DNA of 64,000 bases from Candidatus Heimdallarchaeota archaeon (GCA_020353515.1 CP070695.1:2610155-2674154), one strand, 5' to 3'; positions 19,769 through 30,228 are shown, counted from the stretch's first letter. A program made the numbers and translations. The notes: generated by a model from the sequence alone, not told the origin.

Positions 19769-20591
19769 ATGATTTACATGATAAGGAACGGTCTTTTTGC
19801 TATTGATTATGAAATGAAATTAGTTCTAGCTATTATTGGGATCTCTCTGTGTATTTTATTCATTATCTTTTCTAAAAAACCGATTATCTCTATGTTTTTA
19901 TCACAGGAGTAGTTGTTTGGTCAATATTTGAACTAATGATTACCATTCTAGGTATCAGATCCAGTGTTGAACCCTCTATTTTTGGAATTGAATTGCACTG
20001 GTTGTTAGCGGGCATTATAAGGGGATCCTCTGAAGGTGCTGTGGTTGCAATTGTTGGGATTATCTTTGGCGACTACATTTCGAGTCGAAATCACATAAAA
20101 ATCGCCCTTCCAGCAGCCATCCTAATTCTTGCTTACTTTGTATCACGAACGCTTATCAATGGGCTTCCAAGCAAAGAAATTGGAGGGGCTGTCCTTTCTC
20201 GTAGAGAAATTTTCGCTTGGCCTTCTGTGCTCTTCTTTCTGTTCTTTATTTCCTTGTTATGATTTGGTATGTCTCTCAAAAGGATCCCCAAATTAAGAAA
20301 CGAGCTCGAAATATGTTCATTTCAACTGTGGTATTTTCTTCCATTTGGTCAGTTGCTCAATATGTCGCAAATACTCGTTGGATAGAAGTGAAAACAAATA
20401 CAACATTCATACAAGCTCCCCCTGTTGTTGAATTCTTGGCGTTTACGTGGGATATAATCTTTGAAATTTCTCTCTGTTATATGGCTTTTCTAGTTATTCC
20501 GGTAATGTTAAATTTGATCAAAAATCCCCAAGAGCTCTCTTCATCCATAACGGCCAGCTTCAAGCAGGAGATAGAGGAGGGTTATAACTAA
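19769..20591 (+). pseudogene. Multi-pass membrane protein broken by two frameshifts
   Basis: ATG 19769 frame (MIYMIRNG...IFSKK) joins the 19936 ORF frame at the A-run near 19874-19879, then the 20217 ORF frame near 20230. Confidence 0.6.
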
Positions 20592-21062
20592 AGCAGAGAT
20601 AATAAACCCAAAAAACCACCAAATTGAATAAATTGTACCAAACATTGAATTTATGGCATTGAGATTGAACGGATCTTGGACTACAGGAAAAGAGGGAAGT
20701 ACGAGTATATATAATCCTATAGCAGCTCCTATCACTAGTACAAAACTGAGTACAAAAAGGAGATTTATTATCCAATCAGTTTCTTTGTCCTCATCCCAGT
20801 TGAATATCCGTTTCGCAATCATTGGAAGCCCTAGAGACAGAACTAAGATTAAGATTATCACACAAATAAATACGATGACCGTGATAATCCCTAGAAATAT
20901 TAAATTATCTAAATATTCACGATTTAGAATAACTGCACCAATGGATACAAGAATAACAATTCCAAGATTGATCAATAGCCCGATAAAAACTATATCAATC
21001 CAAGTGGTTTTTATCGGTGTTTGTTCGTCAGAAATTGGTTCAGATAATGTATCAGAATCCAA
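20541..21062 (-). CDS. Four-TM membrane protein, hypothetical
   Basis: Four hydrophobic segments; TTG start after GGAG. Confidence 0.65.
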   Translation of the reverse strand: MDSDTLSEPISDEQTPIKTTWIDIVFIGLLINLGIVILVSIGAVILNREYLDNLIFLGIITVIVFICVIILILVLSLGLPMIAKRIFNWDEDKETDWIINLLFVLSFVLVIGAAIGLYILVLPSFPVVQDPFNLNAINSMFGTIYSIWWFFGFIISALVITLLYLLLEAGRYG

Positions 21063-21225
21063 AAAATCTCAGCTCCATCTATTAGATGAATAATAGTTAA
21101 TTCTAATGTTGTTTGTTAGCTACATTATATAACATCTTGCTAAGCGGACCATATTCTTTCACATTTAATAGATTAGTAATGAACCCTTTTTCAAAAAATC
21201 AAGTGGAAAAAATGAATAGAATTAG

Positions 21226-21277
21226 AGGGCATCGCTCCAGAGAGTAATCCAGCTTCTGTTGGCTCGTTAGGGCTACC
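21226..21277. repeat. Displaced copy of the RNase P RNA 3' end (att-like direct repeat, copy 1)
   Basis: 51/52 identity to 23508-23559 (single mismatch at 21273 vs 23555). Confidence 0.95.
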
Positions 21278-21390
21278 AATACAAATTTTTGATGTTATTT
21301 TACGCTTAAGGAAAAAACCTCAAGATTTAAGGGTTATTCTAAATACTAAACTGATTGAATTTTCTATTAAAATAAACTATCAAGATAATA

Positions 21391-21420
21391 ACATCTAGGA
21401 GTAGGACATCTAGGAGTAGG
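21391..21420. repeat. Perfect 15-bp tandem duplication ACATCTAGGAGTAGG x2
   Basis: Read directly at 21391-21405 and 21406-21420. Confidence 0.9.
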
Positions 21421-21516
21421 AAGATAAGGACTTTTAAACCTCAATAATATCAAGGAAATTTTAGAAGAATTTTGTTTTAGGCTCAAAATTCAAAATATAT
21501 TTCTTTTTGGAGGCGT

Positions 21517-23463
21517 ATATCAACGAGTAAAGGATTTTTAAAGGATTTAACAGAAGAAAATAATAGAATTGACAGAATTAAAACGTATTTATGGGAACAA
21601 AGTAAAAAACTCCCTCTTTTAGTTAAATTAAATGTACTTGCAATTGGAGTGGGTATAATAGGAGGATTAGGCTCATGGGTCTTTCGATTAGCGATTAACC
21701 TCATTTATGAGGCCTTTTTTTTCTTACCAATGCAAATTTTGAATTCTTTAGGATTATCTACCATTATTTGGGTACCTTTTCTTCTTACACCTATTATTGG
21801 GGGTTTAATCGTTGGTTATCTCACCTCTAAAGTCTCAAAAGAAACAAAAGGTCATGGTGTTCCCGAAGTTTTAGAGTCAGTTGCTTTAAACAACGGGAAA
21901 ATGAATTTAAGGATTCCTTTCATCAAGATTATTGCTTCTGCAACAACTATTGGATCTGGCGGATCAGCAGGCCGAGAAGGGCCGATTGCTCAAATAGGAG
22001 CTGGGTTTGCTTCATTAATAGGACAGAAATTGAATCTGTCTTCAAAAGAACTTCGGACTTTAGTTGTTTCAGGAGTCGCCGCAGGAATCGCTGCTACTTT
22101 TAATGCTCCGATTGGGGGATCTTTATTTGCTTTAGAAGTATTAATGGGAGAAGGGGGTACAACAGGGCTATTAATTCCAATTATTGTCGCAGCTGTTGTT
22201 GGTGTTGTAGTAGGACAACTTTTACTCGGCACTGACCCAGCTTTCATTGGATTCCCGGCTTTGGAATATCACGAGCCATATTTAATCCCTCTTTTTGTGA
22301 TTCTAGGGCTAGTTTGTGGAGCCGGTTCAGCTTTTTGGATTAAATTCTTTTACAAACTAGAAGATATTTTTGATAATATATTTGAGAAGTTCAAAATTCC
22401 TGGTATCTTGCAACCAGCTTTTGGGGGTGTATTTGTGGGTTTAACATTAGTTATAACATATTTTTTTGTTGGTGAACAGTGGGAAACAGTCACTATAATG
22501 GGACGTTCCTATCTTCCCATGGATGCTGTTTTTCAGGGTTCACTATTACAGGGATCGGTTTTGCTAGTTCTACTTACATTAATTTTATTATTTGTTTTGA
22601 AAGCCCTTAATACTGTATTTACAATTGGTACTGGTGGTTCAGGAGGTGTATTTGCTCCCACTTTATTTTTAGGGGTTATGTTAGGAGCAATCTTTGGTAT
22701 AATTGTAGACGATATTATCATTATAACCAATGTTCCGATACCTCTCCTCGCTTTATTGGGAATGGCTGCATTTTTCGCAGGGACAGGTCGTGCACCGTTA
22801 ACAGCGGTTATCATGACTGCAGAAATGACCAAGGATTATTTTTTAACCATTCCCCTTATGATAGTCGTTTCAATCAGCTGGATTGTTTCCATTCTTCTTG
22901 AAAAAGACAATATTTATACTTTGAAACTTATTCGGAGAGGAGTTGTCTTAAAGGAACCTACTGCTGATATCCTTGAAACAATCACTGTCATAGAAGCGAT
23001 GACCCCAAGGGATAAGTTGGTCGTAGTAGATACAAAAACAAGATTAGAAACAGTAATGGAGCTTGTACGAACTACTCGTCACGAGGGATTTCCAGTAGTT
23101 GAACAAGATATGTTCATTGGAGTAATCACTCTAAGTGATGTCCAAAAAGCGATGCATAGTTCTCCGAAAGATTGGAATGTATTTGATGTCTTAATAACGA
23201 AGAAGAGACCTCTTATTTGCATACACAAGGAGGCGACATTAATGCATGCTGTTCATATCATGGAAAGTAAGGATATTTCACGCCTTCCAGTGGTAGAAAA
23301 ATTTCCTAGTCAGAAAAACGAGTTTCCTAAGCTAATCGGTTGGATAACACACCATGATATCACAAGAGTCTACATTTCAGAAAAGGCACTTTCAACACTT
23401 CAAGCATCTGAAGAGCATATTTTTTCTTATCAAAATGGTCCTTCGGAAAACAAGAGCTCATAG
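21517..23463 (+). CDS. clc: CLC chloride channel/antiporter with two CBS domains
   Basis: GHGVPE, GREGP, F.AP, GGVFAP, EMT motifs and a CBS pair; frame is open from 21481, so the start (here ATA 21517) is uncertain; ORF track uses 21649. Confidence 0.93.
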   Translation: MSTSKGFLKDLTEENNRIDRIKTYLWEQSKKLPLLVKLNVLAIGVGIIGGLGSWVFRLAINLIYEAFFFLPMQILNSLGLSTIIWVPFLLTPIIGGLIVGYLTSKVSKETKGHGVPEVLESVALNNGKMNLRIPFIKIIASATTIGSGGSAGREGPIAQIGAGFASLIGQKLNLSSKELRTLVVSGVAAGIAATFNAPIGGSLFALEVLMGEGGTTGLLIPIIVAAVVGVVVGQLLLGTDPAFIGFPALEYHEPYLIPLFVILGLVCGAGSAFWIKFFYKLEDIFDNIFEKFKIPGILQPAFGGVFVGLTLVITYFFVGEQWETVTIMGRSYLPMDAVFQGSLLQGSVLLVLLTLILLFVLKALNTVFTIGTGGSGGVFAPTLFLGVMLGAIFGIIVDDIIIITNVPIPLLALLGMAAFFAGTGRAPLTAVIMTAEMTKDYFLTIPLMIVVSISWIVSILLEKDNIYTLKLIRRGVVLKEPTADILETITVIEAMTPRDKLVVVDTKTRLETVMELVRTTRHEGFPVVEQDMFIGVITLSDVQKAMHSSPKDWNVFDVLITKKRPLICIHKEATLMHAVHIMESKDISRLPVVEKFPSQKNEFPKLIGWITHHDITRVYISEKALSTLQASEEHIFSYQNGPSENKSS

Positions 23464-23507
23464 TTTTTTCACAATTACTGTGTTGGAGATTTTATTGATG
23501 AAAGAAC

Positions 23508-23559
23508 AGGGCATCGCTCCAGAGAGTAATCCAGCTTCTGTTGGCTCGTTAGGGTTACC
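23508..23559. repeat. att-like direct repeat, copy 2 (3' end of intact rnpB)
   Basis: Matches 21226-21277. Confidence 0.95.
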
Positions 23560-23882
23560 CCATCAGAGTTTCTGACATCAACCTAAGCGCTGCTCTCCAC
23601 GATCTCCGAAGAGATCATTATTTCAGCTTGCATTCACTGAGGATGCTCGTTTCACCGATACCCTACTCGTCCTCAGGAGATTAACTCGTCGATTGTTACC
23701 AGCGACTTCACTCCATCATAGCCATAAGAGTAGGGGCGTGTCGTTTCTGTAGCAGAGCCCAATCTCTCGATTGACAGCGAATAGCCACCAACAGGCACTA
23801 CCCGACTGTTCAGCGTACATGAATGGCTGGAATTTCCTCAGGTTTCAGGAGAAACCCGGAGTCAGACTTCTGCTTCGATGCC
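23510..23882 (-). ncRNA. rnpB: Archaeal RNase P RNA
   Basis: P1 GGCAUCG/CGAUGCC; conserved segments GAGGAAAUUCCAGC, ACAGAAACG, GUGAAACG, GCAAG, GCGCUUAG..GAUG, AACAGAAGCUGGAUUA; P4 pairing UCCAGC/GCUGGA. Confidence 0.93.
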
Positions 23883-24326
23883 GTGGTTATTAGGTTCCCT
23901 CTAGTTTATTAATCTTTTGAGGGTTTCACGTTCTAATCCTCTTGCCCAAACCTCTGGCCCTACAACCGTCATACGATTTGGATCCTATTTGCCTTATTGA
24001 ACAGATTTTTCGACAAGTGACTGAACTTATTCAATTTTTAATTTGGTTTCAACCAAATCTATTCACTTCATATGACCCTCACGTATCTTGACAATTTCTT
24101 TCACTTTTGGGCAAACATAAAATAGCATGAGATTGGATAATCGTTAAGTATGGTAAATAAGTCAATCCATCAGATGTATTCTTTTTTAAGCACCTTAAAA
24201 ATCCTTAAATACCCTTTTTAAACTTAAATAACAGGAAAATTTTAAATATGTTATGTGTACATAAATAATTATCCGATTATCTTAACCATAAGGATTCTGG
24301 AGGGTTAAGGCAAGGAGTGAAAAGAA

Positions 24327-24543
24327 ATGATTAAAGTCGCGTTGGTGGATTTTCTGGAGTAATTATGATCCTGATGAAATGAAAAGAGCAACCCTTCATG
24401 AGATATTCCATACCTATGATGCAAAACATGTAAGTGGTTATTATATTATGCGGCATGAGATTCAATATGGTGGGTGGGTTCTCCACAGTAATACAGATTC
24501 CACCGTCAGTAGTAACGATGTTCACTTCGATGGCCCGCCTTAA
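24327..24543 (+). pseudogene. Metzincin-type Zn metalloprotease C-terminal remnant
   Basis: HEIFHTYDAKH (24397-24429) followed by YIM Met-turn; upstream SD+ATG (24327) is out of frame. Confidence 0.55.
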
Positions 24544-24566
24544 AGAACAAGAATGGCTGTGAGAAA

Positions 24567-25259
24567 ATGAGTGGCTACGCCCATTTTGTTATAATAACTT
24601 TGACTTTACTCCTCTTAGCTTCTCCTACTATATCTATTGAGGGTGTGCAATCTGAGTGGTCTTCTTCTATAACAGTCAAGCGTTTTCGCTGGAAAGCGTT
24701 GAAATCTGAGTTACGGGATCTAGATACCCAGGAACAATATCGTGAGAATTATTTAATTGGGGGAATAAACATTCCAGGCGGAATCAATACAATTGCCCTC
24801 CGTGCAATCCCCCCAAATGATTTCGATTTTTTCAATGGTAGTAGACTCGACTTAAGTGTAACGATTGAAGGCGATATATCTCTTGACCCATTGCCCCAAA
24901 ACGGCTCAGATTACCATTTACTCCTACTTCCAATAAAAATTGATAATAAATCATTCTTTGAGGTGTTATTTGCAAAGACAGGCCTCTTAGAAAATCTCAC
25001 TCACTCTATTTTCCTGAATTCTTCGATTACTGACACAATCGCACGATCTTCCTTAAAATATAATGGTGTTCTTGATATTCTGTATGAGTGGGACATTACT
25101 ACAGGATTATTAGTTCGAAAGGAAGTTACAGCTCCCTCAGGATTGCAACTCATAATTGTACCCACAAGTGAAATCTCAGTTCCAGGATGGAACTTACCAA
25201 TAGTCCTCCTAACCGTTTTGATAATTAATTGGTGGCATAAGAAAAGAAAGAAGGATTAA
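24567..25259 (+). CDS. Secreted protein with PGW-CTERM-like anchor
   Basis: Signal peptide; YEWDITTGLL; C-terminal VPGW + TM + KKRKK. Confidence 0.7.
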   Translation: MSGYAHFVIITLTLLLLASPTISIEGVQSEWSSSITVKRFRWKALKSELRDLDTQEQYRENYLIGGINIPGGINTIALRAIPPNDFDFFNGSRLDLSVTIEGDISLDPLPQNGSDYHLLLLPIKIDNKSFFEVLFAKTGLLENLTHSIFLNSSITDTIARSSLKYNGVLDILYEWDITTGLLVRKEVTAPSGLQLIIVPTSEISVPGWNLPIVLLTVLIINWWHKKRKKD

Positions 25260-25393
25260 TTGTCTGATAGGGAATCAGATGTATAGGTCTCGAAGTTCAG
25301 TAATTTACAGGATCAAATGGATTAATGATGACGCCAAGAAAAAGAGAATTTCGTTATTTGCTTAACATCAATAAGACAGGGTGAGATTGAACA

Positions 25394-25807
25394 ATGCGAA
25401 AACAGGATTATTTAGCGCTCCTCCCAATTTTTCTTCTCTTTACCGTCTTGTTCTTGATCATTATAGTAATCCCAGTTGGGAGTCTACTCATAGTGATGTT
25501 TACTGCTAGCTATCGCCAAGATGTAATTATGATAACTCGTGCGAACGAGATGGAAAACATCACAGGGTCAATAGGGAATTTAACAGCAAAGAATCTATCA
25601 TCTGCCCCGAAACTCCTATCAGCATTACAGCAGATGGTTCAGGATGACAAAATAAACCAGAAGATAGTGGAAATCACTGTTAAAGAGCGGGATCACTTAG
25701 TTCAATTGTTTGAGGAGCTTAACTTTCCTTTGTCTTGTAATAATCCAATACATGTATATTTTGAAAATATATTACTTGAAATCATTCTTGCTGAAACTGT
25801 TTCATAG
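25394..25807 (+). CDS. Membrane-anchored hypothetical protein
   Basis: GGTGAG SD, N-terminal TM, soluble C-terminus. Confidence 0.6.
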   Translation: MRKQDYLALLPIFLLFTVLFLIIIVIPVGSLLIVMFTASYRQDVIMITRANEMENITGSIGNLTAKNLSSAPKLLSALQQMVQDDKINQKIVEITVKERDHLVQLFEELNFPLSCNNPIHVYFENILLEIILAETVS

Positions 25808-26003
25808 TTCTCTTTCCAGTGAAGGAAGCACGTTTTTGATAGGAGAAGCATTAGTGTTCTTTGGTAGCTCGGGTGAACCGAATGACCTAGAAAAATTGAT
25901 TAATTTGCTTACATTTAGATGTCTTTGGTTGACTGTGGAATCTTGAAGGCTTATACTGGGATCTCTAGTTAAGGAAAGCTAATTTTGAACATCGACTTGG
26001 CCG

Positions 26004-27392
26004 TTAAATAGGGATTTCAATCAAAAACTCTGATCCCTCATCGATTTTTGAGCTGACTGACATTTTCCCTCCATGTCGTTCAACTATTGTTTTTGTAATG
26101 TACAATCCTAGTCCCATCCCTTGTTTGTAGTATGAAGTTGATTGAGAAAAGAACGGTTCAAAGATTCTATCCATCTTATCATCAGGGATTCCAACACCCT
26201 GGTCTAGTATTGAGATGTTGAGACCTTTTCTGTCAAGTGTAATTCTTGCCTCAACCTCCGTAGCCTTTGGACTGTGGTGACAGGCATTTTCGATTAGATT
26301 GTAGATTGCTTGCGTCAAACGATCAAGATCCAACGAAAAAAGTGAATTCACCTCACGATCATTCTTAAATTCCAGTTTAATTCGTGTTTTTTCTTTCATA
26401 AGATTAATATCATATTCTAACGCAGTTTGTAGCTCATTGAAACGAATCAATCCTTTATCAATTGAAAATATTCCCTTATTTACATTTTCGACATCTTTAA
26501 TGGCTGTTATTTGGCGTTCCAGCTTTCTTGTGTTTCGTAAAAGCGCATCTATGATATTTTGGTCGTATCCGTCCTTTTCGCTATATTTTTTAGGTAATAA
26601 CTCTATAAATCCTTTAAGCAAAGTGATTGGGGTTCCCATCTCGTGAACAGTAATCTGTAAAAATTCGTTTAGTGCTTTTTCCCGCCTTAGACGACTCGAT
26701 GGCAACCATGAGACATCAGCGATAACACCAACCGAAGCAGGTTTTTGTGTTTGAGAAACCACTGGATCTACGCTAATGAGAACATCTTTGTTCTTCCCAT
26801 CCATCTGATAGATCTTCATTAGTACAAATTGATCCAATGACAGTAAAAATTCGTAAGTCATAATGAATTTAGTAATATCATGTCCAATTAACTGTGTGGG
26901 TGAGTTGAATCCCACAAGATCTGCAAACGCTTGGTTTGAAAATACTATTTGTCCCTCTGGGTTGGTTACGGTCATTCCAGCTCTTGTTGCTTCTATCAAT
27001 GATCTTAATCTTTTGTCTGAAGCCCGTAATGCGTTAAAGGCTCTCTTCTCTGTCGTAATATCCCGAACTACCCCATAAAGATATTTATCATCAACTGTAC
27101 CCACAGAAAGCTGTATGTTTACCTCAATATCAAGGTTTTTTCCTTTGGTTTCAATTATTTTTGGGTTATAATCTCTGAATGAGGTTAAAAACATTTGACC
27201 TTTTTTATCGAAAAAGGATCGAATATCGTAGCCAATAATTTCTGATAGTTCCACCTCTAGGATTTCACTCAATTTATCATTACCCCAAAGTATCTCCCAT
27301 TTATCGAGCTCCTGGATCCAAAAACCAATTTCTGCTTCCTTGAGCATTTTAAGTATAAAAGGGCTGTCTAATATGTTAGGAAACTGTTTCAA
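26004..27392 (-). CDS. PAS-PAS sensor histidine kinase
   Basis: Two PAS folds, H-box HEMGTP, N-box NLIENA, DQGVG, FEPFF, GMGLGL. Confidence 0.92.
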   Translation of the reverse strand: MKQFPNILDSPFILKMLKEAEIGFWIQELDKWEILWGNDKLSEILEVELSEIIGYDIRSFFDKKGQMFLTSFRDYNPKIIETKGKNLDIEVNIQLSVGTVDDKYLYGVVRDITTEKRAFNALRASDKRLRSLIEATRAGMTVTNPEGQIVFSNQAFADLVGFNSPTQLIGHDITKFIMTYEFLLSLDQFVLMKIYQMDGKNKDVLISVDPVVSQTQKPASVGVIADVSWLPSSRLRREKALNEFLQITVHEMGTPITLLKGFIELLPKKYSEKDGYDQNIIDALLRNTRKLERQITAIKDVENVNKGIFSIDKGLIRFNELQTALEYDINLMKEKTRIKLEFKNDREVNSLFSLDLDRLTQAIYNLIENACHHSPKATEVEARITLDRKGLNISILDQGVGIPDDKMDRIFEPFFSQSTSYYKQGMGLGLYITKTIVERHGGKMSVSSKIDEGSEFLIEIPI

Positions 27393-27720
27393 AGATCAAT
27401 TCTCCTTATTCCTGTCTTTCTAAATCTTTTGAAATTTTATAAAGATTCGTAATTAGAACGTGAAAGTATTTGTTCAATCCCCGAGTAATCTCTATATTGA
27501 TGAAGTGGCGAGGTTTAATGAAGAAATTCAACTGTTAACGGAGCCAAAAAGGGATAGACTTAGTAATAACAATTAATAGTGTTATTTTCGTCATTATTTT
27601 TTTAAGGAAAGAGGGGATGTTATCAAAGATCCATAATTTCGAAACATAATTCTGAAAATTCTTTAAGAGAAAATAATGCAAGGAAAACTGAACCAGAATT
27701 AAATGGAGTAACCTTAGAAA

Positions 27721-29553
27721 ATGCGTATTGTTGTTTTGGATACCGATAAGTGTAAACCCAAGAGATGTGTGAAGGAATGCCGTGGTTCCTGTCCAGTTGT
27801 CCGCTCAGGAACCGAAATGTTCGAATTTGAAACGCCTGTTTCCCAACCAATCATCTATGAACAGTTTTGTACTGGATGTGGAATTTGTCCAAAAGCGTGT
27901 CGATTTCATGCTCTCTCAATTATTAACACTCCTGAACGATTAGACAAAGACTTAACTCATAGATTCGGGAGAAATGGGTTCACATTATTTCGATTACCTG
28001 TTATCAAACCAAAAAAGGTGAATGGTTTAGTTGGTCAGAATGGAGTGGGTAAATCAACGGCATTAAAGATCCTATCTGGGGATATCATACCTAATTTTGG
28101 AGTTCATGAGGAGAAACCTACTTGGGAGCGTGTCCACGAGTATTACAAGGGAACTGAGCTCCAGAATTATTTCCAAAAAATGATTGAAAACAAAATTAAA
28201 TGTGTTCGTAAACCACAATACATTGATACCATTGCTAAACACGTTAAGGGAACTGTAAAGGATGTTATAACCCGATTTGATGAAAGAAACGTCCTTGATG
28301 AAATCCAAGAAGATTTAGCTCTTCAAGAAATCTGGAATCGTAACATTAAACTCCTCTCAGGTGGAGAACTTCAGAAACTAGCTGTCGCTGTAGCAATGGT
28401 TCGTGATATGGATATCTATCTATTTGATGAGCCTTCTTCCTTTCTTGATATTAACGAGCGTCTTCGGGTCGGAGTAGCTATTAGAAGCCTAAACGATCAT
28501 GGAAAGACTGTAGTTATTGTTGAACATGATTTAGCTGTGTTAGATTACCTTTCTGATTATGTTACTACTTTTTATGGCACTCCATCATCCTATGGTATAA
28601 TTTCCCAACCATATACCGAAAAAGAAGGAATAAATGTATTTCTTGATGGCTTTATCCCTTCAGAAAACATGAGATTCCGTGATTACTCTATTATCATTCA
28701 AAAATCGTCAGTAAGAGAGAAAAGTATTGTTTCTGACGAAATACTATCTTACCAGGATCTTTCAAAAATCTTTAAACAGAGTAATTTCTCTTTAGACGTT
28801 AGAAAAGGAATGATTCATCAAAATGAGATCATTGGAATATTAGGTCCAAATGGAATTGGAAAAACTACCTTTATAAAGATGTTAGCGGGCCTAGAATCCC
28901 CTACTTCAGGAACAGTAGATCGGGTAATTCTGGATAACCAACCAGATAATGAAAATGCTAATTCGACTGATGTTCTCCGAGTAGCGTATAAACCTCAATA
29001 TATATCTTTAAATGGAGACCAAACGGTAGAAGCTTTTCTCTTGGAAACAGGAGGAGCAATTGTCGCCACGTCCCAATTTCAAAGCGAGTTTATCCGTCCT
29101 TTTCAATTGACAGAGCTATTTGATCAATCACTTAAGTATTTGAGTGGAGGGGAACTACAAAAAGTCGCTATTGTAAGCACTTTAGCCAAAGATGCCGATT
29201 TATACTTATTTGACGAACCATCAGCGTTTTTGTCAATTGAGGACAGATTAACTGCAGCTAAGATCATCCGAAGACTAATTAAGAGTCGGAAGGCTGCAAG
29301 TTTTATTGTAGAGCACGATATCGTTTTCCAAGATTATGCAAGTGATCGGATAATTGTTTTTCTTGGACAATCAGGCGTTTATGGGAAAGCTTATTCCCCA
29401 TCTCCCGTTAGAACAGGGATGAACCGATTTCTTGGAAATTTAAAAATCACTTTTCGACGTGATCCTAAGAGTGGGCGTCCCCGAGTAAATAAAACTGATT
29501 CTAAGCTTGATCGCCTCCAGAAAAACCAAGGCGAATATTATTATGAGAAGTGA
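27721..29553 (+). CDS. rli1: ABCE1/RLI1 ribosome recycling ATPase
   Basis: N-terminal 4Fe-4S (CKPKRC, CTGCGIC), two ABC cassettes with LSGGELQ, GRPRVNK. Confidence 0.97.
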   Translation: MRIVVLDTDKCKPKRCVKECRGSCPVVRSGTEMFEFETPVSQPIIYEQFCTGCGICPKACRFHALSIINTPERLDKDLTHRFGRNGFTLFRLPVIKPKKVNGLVGQNGVGKSTALKILSGDIIPNFGVHEEKPTWERVHEYYKGTELQNYFQKMIENKIKCVRKPQYIDTIAKHVKGTVKDVITRFDERNVLDEIQEDLALQEIWNRNIKLLSGGELQKLAVAVAMVRDMDIYLFDEPSSFLDINERLRVGVAIRSLNDHGKTVVIVEHDLAVLDYLSDYVTTFYGTPSSYGIISQPYTEKEGINVFLDGFIPSENMRFRDYSIIIQKSSVREKSIVSDEILSYQDLSKIFKQSNFSLDVRKGMIHQNEIIGILGPNGIGKTTFIKMLAGLESPTSGTVDRVILDNQPDNENANSTDVLRVAYKPQYISLNGDQTVEAFLLETGGAIVATSQFQSEFIRPFQLTELFDQSLKYLSGGELQKVAIVSTLAKDADLYLFDEPSAFLSIEDRLTAAKIIRRLIKSRKAASFIVEHDIVFQDYASDRIIVFLGQSGVYGKAYSPSPVRTGMNRFLGNLKITFRRDPKSGRPRVNKTDSKLDRLQKNQGEYYYEK

Positions 29554-30091
29554 TCCACGTACTCGGTCTGTAGTTACGATCTATCATGCAGATCAATGTG
29601 ACAGAAAGAAATGCACTGGAATTAAGACTTGGCTTGCTTTTAAACAGAGCAAGTTTCCTTCCATTACTCATATGAGATTCATTAAGCGATTACCTCAAAT
29701 TCCTCGCTATTCCTTAATTTTAAATCCATCAGCAGAAGATATTTTGTGCTATACAGATCTTGATGTATTCACAAAATCTGGATTAACCGTCCTAGACTGC
29801 TCCTGGAATCATACAGAAGAGATTTTTGCTAAACATTTTCCACATCCAAGGAGGCTCCCCTATTTAATCGCAGCAAATCCAACTAATTATGGAAAACCAA
29901 CAAAACTTAGCAGTGTTGAGGCTCTTGCGGCAGCGTTTTTTCTTTTAAGAAGTGAAAGAACGGCGAATGAGTTAATGTCGGTCTTTAATTGGGGAAAACA
30001 GTTCTTAACTCTGAATTCTAATTTACTCCATGATTATGCGGCAAGTAACAGTACGGATGAGATAAAAAAAATCGAACTTGAATATTTTTGA
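29543..30091 (+). CDS. tsr3: rRNA aminocarboxypropyltransferase Tsr3
   Basis: QCDRKKCTG, LDCSW, RRLPYLIAANPTNYG, LSSVEALAA, FNWG..F. Confidence 0.93.
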   Translation: MRSDPRTRSVVTIYHADQCDRKKCTGIKTWLAFKQSKFPSITHMRFIKRLPQIPRYSLILNPSAEDILCYTDLDVFTKSGLTVLDCSWNHTEEIFAKHFPHPRRLPYLIAANPTNYGKPTKLSSVEALAAAFFLLRSERTANELMSVFNWGKQFLTLNSNLLHDYAASNSTDEIKKIELEYF

Positions 30092-30228
30092 ACCTAGAAT
30101 TTTTTAATGTAGTGTTTTAGATTCTGATTTCGAAAGGAAAGGGAAGAAAAAAATTAAGTTAAAAAGTAAATCTTCTCTTATAACCGTAAATCCTAAAATA
30201 AAATGATTTAAATGGAGCAAAAATCCTC

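Noticed and set aside
23354-23575. 73-aa ORF
   Set aside because: Overlaps the clc 3' end and the RNase P RNA gene; spurious
25710-25946. 78-aa ORF
   Set aside because: Overlaps the 25394-25807 gene, has no SD or motifs
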